The notes beneath the pieces are model-generated. The model was not told where the DNA came from. It searched no databases and saw nothing but the letters and a program-made list of their open reading frames with translations. A stretch of DNA of 56,871 nucleotides, taken from assembly GCA_947591455.1 (NCBI GenBank), contig CANQDC010000001.1, positions 1 through 56,871 of the forward strand, written 5' to 3'. This document shows positions 27,317-35,484 of this stretch, one piece after another. Positions within the stretch are counted from its first letter, which is position 1, and the number at the start of each line of letters is the position of its first letter. This stretch comes from an uncultured Bacilli bacterium. Its GTDB lineage: Bacteria > Bacillota_I > Bacilli_A > RF39 > UBA660. A program made the position numbers and the translations under genes.

Positions 27317-28150
27317 ATGGGAAATATTGTAACAACAATTAAAAGATTTTTAGGAAATAAAAATACAGTAACAATTATCGGGGTAATCTTAGGAATCCTA
27401 GTATTATATATAGGATATAATTATCGTGTAAAACAAGCCACGACCCCAATTAGTGTTCCTTATGCGAAAGAAGAAATTGCATCAAGAACATTAATCACAA
27501 GTGATATGATTGGATATCGTGAAATATCAAGTACAGTAGTAAACGAAAGTACAAATTTGATTACAAATGCCAATGATTTAATTAATAATTATGTTGCTTT
27601 TGGTACAACTATACCTGCAAATAGTATGTTTTACGAATCACAAATTTTAACATCAGATGAAATGCCTGATAGTGCCTTTGCTGATATTCCAGATGGCTAT
27701 ACAATTTATAGTTTAGGTGTAGATTTACATACCACATATGGAAATTCAATCTATCCTGGAAATTATATTGATTTATATTTCAAAGGGGTAGATGATACGG
27801 ACAAAATAATGTTTGGTAAATTAATTGAAAGTATTGAAGTTTTAGCCGTAAAAGATAGTGAAGGAAATCACGTATTTGAAACGACAGTAGAATCTCGTAC
27901 TCCAGCAGAACTGTTATTTGCTGTACCAAATGATATGTATGATTTATTAATGAAAGCTGGTTATATTAGTGGTTCATCTATTGAAATTATTCCAGTTCCT
28001 CGAAACGCTTCTTATAGTGCCAATCCTGGGGATACAGTTGTTTCAAGCGATTATATTAAAAATTTCATTCTCGCAAAAAGTGCAACAATTCCACAAAATG
28101 TAACAACTACAACGAATAATAATCAAACAGATAATACAAACGAACAATAA
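27317..28150 (+). CDS. CpaB/RcpC-like Flp pilus assembly protein
   Basis: N-terminal TM and a SAF-like segment (ISVPYAKEEIASRTLITSDMIGYREIS). This is followed by YTIYSLGVD...IYPGNYIDLYF...IEVLAVKD...ELLFAVPNDMYDLLMKAGYISG...EIIPVPRN, which matches the CpaB pattern. Confidence 0.7.
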   Translation: MGNIVTTIKRFLGNKNTVTIIGVILGILVLYIGYNYRVKQATTPISVPYAKEEIASRTLITSDMIGYREISSTVVNESTNLITNANDLINNYVAFGTTIPANSMFYESQILTSDEMPDSAFADIPDGYTIYSLGVDLHTTYGNSIYPGNYIDLYFKGVDDTDKIMFGKLIESIEVLAVKDSEGNHVFETTVESRTPAELLFAVPNDMYDLLMKAGYISGSSIEIIPVPRNASYSANPGDTVVSSDYIKNFILAKSATIPQNVTTTTNNNQTDNTNEQ

Positions 28151-28179
28151 GAAAAGAATCAAAAAGGGAGGGTGTCTTA

Positions 28180-29436
28180 GTGAATAATGATGCGATATTC
28201 TCTCAACTGGACTTCGGTCCTCTTGATGAGTTTTTAAAACTAGATGATGTAACCGATATTTCATATAGTAACGGTGGGCAAGTATGGTTAAAGACACTTT
28301 CACGAGGAGTATTTCAAGTTGAAAGGCCAAACATTAATAATGCTTTAATGGAAAAATTAGCCTTTCAATGTTCGAATGTAATGGGGAAGACCTTTAATAT
28401 GGCCCATCCTTTTTTAGATGCAGAATCAACAGAACTTCGTTTAAATTTTATTCATGAATCCATTGCCACAAATGGCATAGCGTGTTTAATTCGTAAAACA
28501 CCAGCTAAGATTCGTTTGAATCGCGAAAAATTAATTAATGAACAATATGTTCGCGAAGACTTACTTGATTTTTTGCTTGCATGTGTTCAAGGACATGCCA
28601 ATATCATTGTTAGTGGAGAAACCGGATCTGGTAAAACAGAACTTGTTAAATATTTAGCAAGTACAACGAAGGAAAATGAAAAAATTATTACAATTGAAGA
28701 TACATTAGAATTACATTTAGATCGAATATTTCCTCATCGTGATATTGTAGCTATGAAAACCAATAATGTAGCTTCTTATACCGACGTGTTAGTTACCTGT
28801 ATGCGGCAAAATCCTATATGGATTTTGTTATCAGAAGTACGTAGTGCCGAAGCCGTGCTTGCTGTTCGTAACTCAATTTCATCAGGGCACCACATTATTT
28901 CTACAATTCACGCGGATAAAGCAGCCAGTATACCAATGCGTATGTACAGTTTGCTTGAATCAAATTTAGATGTTGAACAATTTTTATCAACCATTCACCG
29001 TTATGTCCAAATTGGTATTTATGTCAAAGGCTATATGAGTAAAGAATTAGGACGTTTTCAAAGAGAAATTTTAGAAATCTGCGAATTTTATGTAGATGAT
29101 GATAATAAACCAAAATCGAATACAATTTTTCAAAAAACATTAGATGGGAAATTTACCTTAAATAATCCAACCAAAAATTTAAGAGATTATTTATCAATTC
29201 AGGGTGTCGTTTTACCAGAGGATATTTTTAGATCAAATGATTCAACTAGAAATGTATCTCCTACACCAAATAATTCAAATATACCAAATAATGTAAATAC
29301 CAATGTAGCTCAGGTGGCAAACCCACAACAGCCAATGAGTCCAAATATAAATGTTAATCCTCAGATGATGCAAAGAACAACAACAGTGACTCCTAATCAA
29401 ATGGGAACTATAAATAACTTAAATCAAACGGCTTAA
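28180..29436 (+). CDS. cpaF: CpaF/TadA-type (VirB11-superfamily) secretion ATPase
   Basis: Walker A GETGSGKTE, Asp box ITIEDTLEL, Walker B RQNPIWILLSEVRSAEA, His box GHHIISTIHA. GTG start with RBS AGGGAGGGTG. It carries an extra 68-aa N/P/Q-rich C-terminal tail. Confidence 0.85.
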   Translation: MNNDAIFSQLDFGPLDEFLKLDDVTDISYSNGGQVWLKTLSRGVFQVERPNINNALMEKLAFQCSNVMGKTFNMAHPFLDAESTELRLNFIHESIATNGIACLIRKTPAKIRLNREKLINEQYVREDLLDFLLACVQGHANIIVSGETGSGKTELVKYLASTTKENEKIITIEDTLELHLDRIFPHRDIVAMKTNNVASYTDVLVTCMRQNPIWILLSEVRSAEAVLAVRNSISSGHHIISTIHADKAASIPMRMYSLLESNLDVEQFLSTIHRYVQIGIYVKGYMSKELGRFQREILEICEFYVDDDNKPKSNTIFQKTLDGKFTLNNPTKNLRDYLSIQGVVLPEDIFRSNDSTRNVSPTPNNSNIPNNVNTNVAQVANPQQPMSPNINVNPQMMQRTTTVTPNQMGTINNLNQTA

Positions 29437-29485
29437 GTTAGAAAAAAATAGATATTCAAAAGAAATAAAGAGAGTAGGTGCTTTA

Positions 29486-30379
29486 GTGGAATTAATATTA
29501 TTATTAATTATAGCAATATATGTAATATCTTACCGTCAAAACAATGGGCAAAATGTATATAAATTTTTTATCACTCAAGTAAGTGATATATATGAGAAAT
29601 TTGCCCCTTACAGTTATAAAGAAGTTAGGCAAAAAGTAAAAGCTTTAGGACAAGATTTCTCAGCTAGAGAATACACGACACAAGTAATTATATTTGGAGT
29701 TGTAGCAGGAGGAATTTCTTACTTATATTTCTATAATATTATTATAGCTTTAATTTATGCTGGGATAGCAATTGCCTTTATACCCTACTTAACTTACTTA
29801 AGATATCAAAAAATATACAGTGAATTTATATTCGAACAAGTTCAAATTTATACAACCAATGTTATTATGGAATTTACAACAACCCAAAGTTTTGTTAAAT
29901 CTCTAGAAGGAGTTAGAGATTCTGGAATTTTGGAAGATCCAGTTTTACAAGATGTCAAGACCATGATTGAAATGTCTTATCAAAATGGTACGATTGATGA
30001 ATCAATTGAATTTTTCAATCAAAAATATCCTTATTATATGGTCAAAAATATGAATCAATTGTTCTTACAAATTACTAAAGAGGGTGCCAAAGATTCAGGA
30101 GAGGCTCTAGAAAATATGTCTCAAGATATTGATGCTTTAGTAGAAGGAGTATATCGTGATCAAGTCGATCGTAAAAACTTCCATAAGCGTTTCATTACCT
30201 TTGGGCTAGCCTTATTTTTACTCGTTATGGCTATGCAGTTCTTATTAGGAACCGATAGTTATATTGAACTATTAGATATTTGGTATGTTCAAATTATTTT
30301 ACATCTGATATTAATCATTAATAGTTATTTCTTAATTACTGGAGAAAAATACTATAATGAAGATTTGGGGGTAGAATAA
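29486..30379 (+). CDS. TadB-like (GspF/T2SSF-family) pilus platform membrane protein
   Basis: 297 aa with TM segments at the N-terminus, the middle and the C-terminus around a helical cytoplasmic domain. Its position is immediately after the ATPase. Confidence 0.55.
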   Translation: MELILLLIIAIYVISYRQNNGQNVYKFFITQVSDIYEKFAPYSYKEVRQKVKALGQDFSAREYTTQVIIFGVVAGGISYLYFYNIIIALIYAGIAIAFIPYLTYLRYQKIYSEFIFEQVQIYTTNVIMEFTTTQSFVKSLEGVRDSGILEDPVLQDVKTMIEMSYQNGTIDESIEFFNQKYPYYMVKNMNQLFLQITKEGAKDSGEALENMSQDIDALVEGVYRDQVDRKNFHKRFITFGLALFLLVMAMQFLLGTDSYIELLDIWYVQIILHLILIINSYFLITGEKYYNEDLGVE

Positions 30380-31167
30380 TGTCTATAGAAATATTTTTAA
30401 TTGGAATTATCATTTTATTTGTTATGAATTACACCGGGAGAATTAATGCAAATAAATTTATTGCAGATAATGAAGTTTACTTTCGAAAATTAAAAGAAGA
30501 CGATTGGGACTTCTATGTTAGAGCAAAATATGGCGATGGTGTAAATGCGGATATTTTATTTAATAAAAGAATTCGTAATGGATTAATTGGAATTATCGTT
30601 TTAGTTTTATGTTTTATTTCTAAATTAAATTATGTAACGCTTTTATTTTCGGTTTTAGGTGGGTTTGTAATTTTTAAACTAGATTATTTAAATATCAAAA
30701 AATACTATAAACAACATTTACATGAAATAGATGCAATGTTACCACATTATTTAAAAAGTTTAGAAATTTTGATTCAACACTATACAGTACCAGTTGCTAT
30801 TGGTAAATCTATAGAAGATGCTCCAGCAATATTTAAAGAAGGATTACAAGAATTAATTAATGAAATCAATTCTGGAAATGATAAAATTGATCCCTATGTC
30901 AATTTTGCTAAAGAATATCCAGTTCGTGATTCTATGCGAATGATGCGTTTATTATATCGTTTAAGTCTTGGTCGTCAAGAACATAAACAAGAACAATTAC
31001 TTGCTTTTTCCAAAACGATTTCCAATTTACAACAAAAAGCTCGTGATATTAAATATAAAGAACGTCTAGAAAAAATGGAATCAAAAACAATGAGTATGTT
31101 AATTACAACAGGTCTAGGAGTAATGATTTTATTAATATTCTCAGTTATAATGTTAATGGGTGTCTAA
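30379..31167 (+). CDS. TadC-like (GspF/T2SSF-family) pilus platform membrane protein
   Basis: 262 aa with the same topology as the previous gene and a TAATG overlap with it. The paired TadB/TadC arrangement is typical of Tad loci. Confidence 0.5.
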   Translation: MSIEIFLIGIIILFVMNYTGRINANKFIADNEVYFRKLKEDDWDFYVRAKYGDGVNADILFNKRIRNGLIGIIVLVLCFISKLNYVTLLFSVLGGFVIFKLDYLNIKKYYKQHLHEIDAMLPHYLKSLEILIQHYTVPVAIGKSIEDAPAIFKEGLQELINEINSGNDKIDPYVNFAKEYPVRDSMRMMRLLYRLSLGRQEHKQEQLLAFSKTISNLQQKARDIKYKERLEKMESKTMSMLITTGLGVMILLIFSVIMLMGV

Positions 31168-31182
31168 TTTTTTGTGAAAATA

Positions 31183-31211
31183 TTGATATTATTAAAAAAA
31201 AAAGTTATAAT
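31183..31211 (+). promoter_or_regulatory. internal sigma-A type promoter in front of the pilin genes
   Basis: TTGATA (31183-31188), a 17-nt spacer, then TATAAT (31206-31211). Confidence 0.55.
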
Positions 31212-31242
31212 AAAAAAGTAAGATAAAGGAGGTATAATTTAT

Positions 31243-31512
31243 ATGAAAGAAGCTACCGGAGAATTAAATATGACGGTTGTTACTGTAGTAGCTATTGCAG
31301 CTGTAGCAGCATTCTTCTATGCATTTGTATGGCCAAATATTAAAACATCAATTGCAGCACAATCTGTTTGTGCAAATGGACCTAATTACACAGATAAGGA
31401 TAATGGTATTGAATGTGGTTCAACAAATAGCAATGGACAATATACATGTAATTTTAAAACTGAAAAAAATGGTAGGACAACAACTCAACAAGTTACATGT
31501 AAAACAAAATAA
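31243..31512 (+). CDS. pilin-like protein 1 (short leader, hydrophobic helix, 4-Cys head)
   Basis: RBS AAGGAGG. MKEATGELNMTVVTVVAIAAVAAFFYAFVWP is followed by a small head with 4 Cys. It sits in the Flp-pilin position of a Tad locus. Confidence 0.65.
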   Translation: MKEATGELNMTVVTVVAIAAVAAFFYAFVWPNIKTSIAAQSVCANGPNYTDKDNGIECGSTNSNGQYTCNFKTEKNGRTTTQQVTCKTK

Positions 31513-31528
31513 TAAAAGGAGTTAATTT

Positions 31529-31771
31529 ATGAAAGAAGCCACAGGAGAATTGAATATGACTGTTGTAGTAGTTATAGCGGTAGGAGTCCTAGCGGCTTTT
31601 TTCTATACTACGATATGGCCATTAATAAAAAACACATATATTGCGTCAAATAAATGTAGTGATGCCGTATGTGATCCGAGTACTTTGCATGATGGTAGGG
31701 TTTCTTGCAAGTATTATGATAAAAATGGCCGTCAACAGGGAACTAATTTTGAATGTGTATGGAAAGGTTAA
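31529..31771 (+). CDS. pilin-like protein 2 (paralog)
   Basis: RBS AAGGAG. It has the identical first 12 residues, MKEATGELNMTV, then a hydrophobic helix and a divergent 4-Cys head. Confidence 0.65.
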   Translation: MKEATGELNMTVVVVIAVGVLAAFFYTTIWPLIKNTYIASNKCSDAVCDPSTLHDGRVSCKYYDKNGRQQGTNFECVWKG

Positions 31772-31787
31772 TTAGGGAGTGATATAG

Positions 31788-32297
31788 TTGAGAGAAGCAA
31801 TAGGTGGAACATGGTTATTTCAAATTGTTATTGTTTTTGTTTTGTTATTTACAGGTTTCATGTGTTTGACAATTAACCATACCAAAGCATTTAATGTTAA
31901 AAATAATATTATTAATACGATTGAAAGAGAAGAAGGAATAGATTTACAAAATCCAAAAAATGATCCAGCGATAAAAAAAATTGTTGAGTATTTAAAAGAA
32001 ACGGCTTACCGTACTACAGGAGATTGTCCTACTGGATATGTAGGTATTAATAGAGATGGAGACATCGATAGTAAAAATGCTGCTTTTTGTTTAGAGCAAA
32101 AAACGTTTGATTCGCGTCCGAGCGATCAATATCCAGAGATGAACTATTACCGTGTAGTTGTATTTTATCAACTGGATTTACCTATATTTAATGAAGTTTT
32201 TAACTTTAGAGTTACAGGGGATACAAAAATATTGAATAAAAATAATATGAGATCAGAGCCTAAGTATAAAGGCGATATTATGATTATGAGTGCTTAA
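31788..32297 (+). CDS. TadE-like minor pilin/pseudopilin 1
   Basis: TTG start with RBS AGGGAG. MREAIGGTWLFQIVIVFVLLF is followed by a globular domain of about 140 aa. Confidence 0.5.
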   Translation: MREAIGGTWLFQIVIVFVLLFTGFMCLTINHTKAFNVKNNIINTIEREEGIDLQNPKNDPAIKKIVEYLKETAYRTTGDCPTGYVGINRDGDIDSKNAAFCLEQKTFDSRPSDQYPEMNYYRVVVFYQLDLPIFNEVFNFRVTGDTKILNKNNMRSEPKYKGDIMIMSA

Positions 32298-32310
32298 AGT
32301 AGGTGAGTAA

Positions 32311-32787
32311 ATGAGAGAAGCAATTGGTGGAACATGGATTTTACAATTAGTTATTGTATTTATGCTTTTATTTGTCGCTTTTTTAGCATTATCACTAAAT
32401 TATAGTAAGGCGTTTCAAATTAAAAATGAAATGCTTACGATGATTGAAAAAAAAGAAGGCGTGACTTCAGATACACTTACACTAATGAATAATTATTTAA
32501 AAAATAGTGGGTATCGTGTTCAAAAAAATTGTCCGATGGGAAGTTATGGAGTATCAGATTTGAATCGAAATACAATTTCTCTAGCTACGAATGGTGGTCA
32601 ATATTATTATTGTATTACAAAAGTGGCTGCTCCATCTACTTTACATCGTAAAAAAGTCTATTATAAAATTGAAAACTTTTTTTATTTCAATTTACCTATT
32701 ATTGGAGATATAGTAAAGTTTACCATTAATGGAACAACAAATGATATAGCTATACCAGCAGATAATTTAAAAGCAATTTCAGAATAA
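32311..32787 (+). CDS. TadE-like minor pilin/pseudopilin 2
   Basis: MREAIGGTWILQLVIVFMLLF. It is a paralog of the preceding gene. Confidence 0.5.
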   Translation: MREAIGGTWILQLVIVFMLLFVAFLALSLNYSKAFQIKNEMLTMIEKKEGVTSDTLTLMNNYLKNSGYRVQKNCPMGSYGVSDLNRNTISLATNGGQYYYCITKVAAPSTLHRKKVYYKIENFFYFNLPIIGDIVKFTINGTTNDIAIPADNLKAISE

Positions 32788-32802
32788 GGAAGTGAATAGG
32801 AA

Positions 32803-33807
32803 ATGAATGTTATTGTATCAAATAAATATCAATCTTTACTTGCCACATTAGATATTGATATTATCAAAAGTATTAATGGTGAATTTGAGGTTGAAGATTT
32901 AGTAAGTCAATTTACTAATTTTTATTTTAATAAAATGATATTAGATATAACAGCAATAAAAAATTATCAAGATATATCTACCATTCAAACATTGTCTGTA
33001 AACATGGATGTAAGTAATATCATTCTTTTATTAGATGATTCTGAAGTTGTCAATTCACCACGATATTTATCTTCTTTAGTATCTATGGGGATTTATAATT
33101 TTACCCGAAATATTGATGCTATTAAATTTTTGATCGATAATCCTAATTCTTATAAAGATGTGGCGCAATATCATCAATTAAATGCTGTAAGTGATGGGTC
33201 ATCGGCTTCAACGAATTCAACAGTAAATATTAGTAAATTAGGGCTTCGAGTAATTGGGATAAAAAATGTAACCGAACATGCTGGATCTACAACATTAACC
33301 TATTTATTAAAAAAACATTTAGAAAAACAATATACTTGTATAGCAGTAGAAGTAGATGAACATGACTTTATATATTTAAATGATAAAGAACTAAAAACCA
33401 CTTCATCACTCGATTTACCAGCTTTTATAGCTACTCATAGTGACGTTGAAGTAATATTAGTCGATTTAAACGATCGGGGCAGTATAAATAGTTGTACAGA
33501 AGTGATTTATTTAATAGAACCTGGGTTAATTAAATTAAATAAATTAATCCGCAAAGATAAACGTACTTTTGAAAAATTAAAAGATAAAAAAATTGTTTTA
33601 AATCGAAGTGTGTTAAATGAAAAAGATGTAAAAGATTTTGAATATGAATCGAGAAGCAAAGTATTTTTTAATATTCCTTACTTAGACGATAAATTAGATC
33701 ATCATAAAATATTGAATCAATTTTTAATTAAATTAGGGTTTGTTCGTTTTGAAGAATCAAATAACGATTCAAAAAATAGTAAACTATTTAACATTTTTAA
33801 GACATAA
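32803..33807 (+). CDS. TadZ/CpaE-like protein (receiver-like N-domain + ParA/MinD-like domain with a degenerate P-loop)
   Basis: The C-terminal half follows the MinD/ParA pattern: RVIGIKNVTEHAGSTTLTYLL...IAVEVD...VILVDLND...VIYLIEP...IVLNRS...NIPYLDD. The KGGxGK(S/T) Walker A is replaced by NVTEHAGSTT. Confidence 0.5.
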   Translation: MNVIVSNKYQSLLATLDIDIIKSINGEFEVEDLVSQFTNFYFNKMILDITAIKNYQDISTIQTLSVNMDVSNIILLLDDSEVVNSPRYLSSLVSMGIYNFTRNIDAIKFLIDNPNSYKDVAQYHQLNAVSDGSSASTNSTVNISKLGLRVIGIKNVTEHAGSTTLTYLLKKHLEKQYTCIAVEVDEHDFIYLNDKELKTTSSLDLPAFIATHSDVEVILVDLNDRGSINSCTEVIYLIEPGLIKLNKLIRKDKRTFEKLKDKKIVLNRSVLNEKDVKDFEYESRSKVFFNIPYLDDKLDHHKILNQFLIKLGFVRFEESNNDSKNSKLFNIFKT

Positions 33808-33810
33808 AAC

Positions 33811-33839
33811 TTGACAGAATTTGGAATAATTTATAAAAT
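33811..33839 (+). promoter_or_regulatory. sigma-A type promoter of the short VirB2-like gene
   Basis: Consensus TTGACA (33811-33816), a 17-nt spacer, then TAAAAT (33834-33839). Confidence 0.6.
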
Positions 33840-33871
33840 AAAGACAGAAATGAGAGAGAGGTTTATAAAAA

Positions 33872-34240
33872 ATGGATTTATTTTTAACAGGAGCTGTTGA
33901 TTTTTGTAAAAATACAGCAAATATTTGGCAAATTGTTGGATATGTTCTATTAGTTTTTAAAGTTGTAATCCCTATTTTATTAATTGTATTCGGAATGCTT
34001 GATTTAGGTAAAGCAGTTATTGCTAGTAAATCAGACGAAGTAAAAAAAGCTGCTACGTCTTTAGCGTTTAGAGCAGTAGGGGGCGTTGCTATCTTCTTGA
34101 TACCAACAATTATTTCTTTAATTATGGGATTTATATCTGATTTCCAAACTTCAGGGGCCAAAGATGATTTTGAAGTTTGTAGAAAATGTATTACAAGACC
34201 AAATACTGAATGTAAGAATGCAGCAGAGGCTTGGAAGTAA
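33872..34240 (+). CDS. VirB2/TrbC-like two-helix protein (candidate T4SS pilin), short form
   Basis: 122 aa with two hydrophobic helices separated by a charged loop (DLGKAVIASKSDEVKKAATSLAFR), and a Cys-containing tail CRKCITRPNTEC. It is monocistronic, with its own promoter and terminator. Confidence 0.5.
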   Translation: MDLFLTGAVDFCKNTANIWQIVGYVLLVFKVVIPILLIVFGMLDLGKAVIASKSDEVKKAATSLAFRAVGGVAIFLIPTIISLIMGFISDFQTSGAKDDFEVCRKCITRPNTECKNAAEAWK

Positions 34241-34243
34241 TTA

Positions 34244-34268
34244 AAAGCATAAATTGCTTTTTTTTTTG
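34244..34268 (+). terminator. rho-independent terminator
   Basis: AAAGCA (34244-34249) / TGCTTT (34255-34260) followed by a T-run. Confidence 0.6.
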
Positions 34269-34301
34269 CTCTATGATATAGTTTATAATAGGTGAAGGCA
34301 T

Positions 34302-35423
34302 ATGGAATTTATAGATAAATTAAATGAATTGACAAACTTTTTTAAAGAGAAAAAACCAAGACTCCTTTTTATAGGGGAATTCTTATTATTCCTTTTTGTA
34401 ATTAGTCTTGTTATTATTATCGTTATAAATTTTATAAATTCGAAAATGTCTTATGATAAGCTAGAAGAAAAATTAGTGAATGCTACCCAAGAATATAGCA
34501 AAGATTATCCGAACAACCTTCCGACTCAAGAAAATCCAACTACAGTGATTGATGCTAAAACTTTAATTGAACAAAAATATATAAAAAAATTAGAGAAATA
34601 TGTGAAAGATTCATCATGTACAGCAAATGTAAATATTTACTACAACAATAGTGAATATAAATATCAAGCCTTTTTAAAATGCAATACATATCAAACAACT
34701 CAATTAGCAGATACTTTAAAAAAGAATAACCAACTTTCTTCTTTTAACGAAGGATTATATGAAATGAACAATGAATTTGTTTATCGGGGCCAAGATCCAA
34801 AAAATTATCTTTCTTTTGCAAATGAATTATGGCGAATTGTGAAAATAAATACGAATGGTCAAATTATCCTTATTCAAAATGATTTAGTTAGTGAATATTA
34901 TGGCAATTGGGATGATCGATACAATACAGAAGCTGGTTTACAAAAGGGAATTAATACCTATTCTTTAAGTCGTGCTTTATCTACTATGGAAAATATTTAT
35001 AAAGAAAAATACAGTAAATATGAGGAACTTTTAACACCATTTAATGTATGTGCCGAAAAAAGAAATACGATGGATTTTATAAATGATGGTTCTATCGAAT
35101 GTGCCAATATGTTAAATAATCAAAAAATGAGTTTATTGCCTCTTTATGATTACATAAATGCTAGTTTAGATAATTTGTGTATAAGTGCCAGTAATAAAGA
35201 ATGCGAAAATTATAATTACTTAGCAACCGCAAAAGATAAATGGTGGACAGCCACTGGAAATAAAGCCAATACGTATGAAGTATATTATATAGATAGTTAT
35301 GGACAAATTATCTCAGATGAAGCCGATGCCAGTGCCACCTATCGTTATGTTCTTGCCTTAGATAGTCATGTTTTGTATGAAAGTGGCGATGGATCGCAAA
35401 GTAATCCATACAAAGTTCGTTAA
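34302..35423 (+). CDS. membrane-anchored extracellular protein (possible minor pilin or adhesin-like)
   Basis: 373 aa with an N-terminal TM (LLFIGEFLLFLFVISLVIIIVINFI). It has several Cys, the motif YRGQDPKNYLSFANELWRIVKIN, and a C-terminal KWWTATG...GDGSQSNPYKV. Confidence 0.55.
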   Translation: MEFIDKLNELTNFFKEKKPRLLFIGEFLLFLFVISLVIIIVINFINSKMSYDKLEEKLVNATQEYSKDYPNNLPTQENPTTVIDAKTLIEQKYIKKLEKYVKDSSCTANVNIYYNNSEYKYQAFLKCNTYQTTQLADTLKKNNQLSSFNEGLYEMNNEFVYRGQDPKNYLSFANELWRIVKINTNGQIILIQNDLVSEYYGNWDDRYNTEAGLQKGINTYSLSRALSTMENIYKEKYSKYEELLTPFNVCAEKRNTMDFINDGSIECANMLNNQKMSLLPLYDYINASLDNLCISASNKECENYNYLATAKDKWWTATGNKANTYEVYYIDSYGQIISDEADASATYRYVLALDSHVLYESGDGSQSNPYKVR

Positions 35424-35484
35424 AATTTCTTTTTATTTTAAATAGAAATTGATATAATAACAAAGAGATTAATGGAGAGAGATT

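Noticed and set aside
31319-31525. 68-aa alternative-frame ORF inside pilin gene 1
   Set aside because: It lies on the same strand but out of frame with a gene that has a strong RBS and a paralog. Its product has no signal and no hydrophobic segment.
33784-34161. 125-aa minus-strand ORF overlapping the short VirB2-like gene
   Set aside because: The plus-strand gene has a consensus promoter, an RBS, a terminator and two paralogs. The antisense ORF has none of these.
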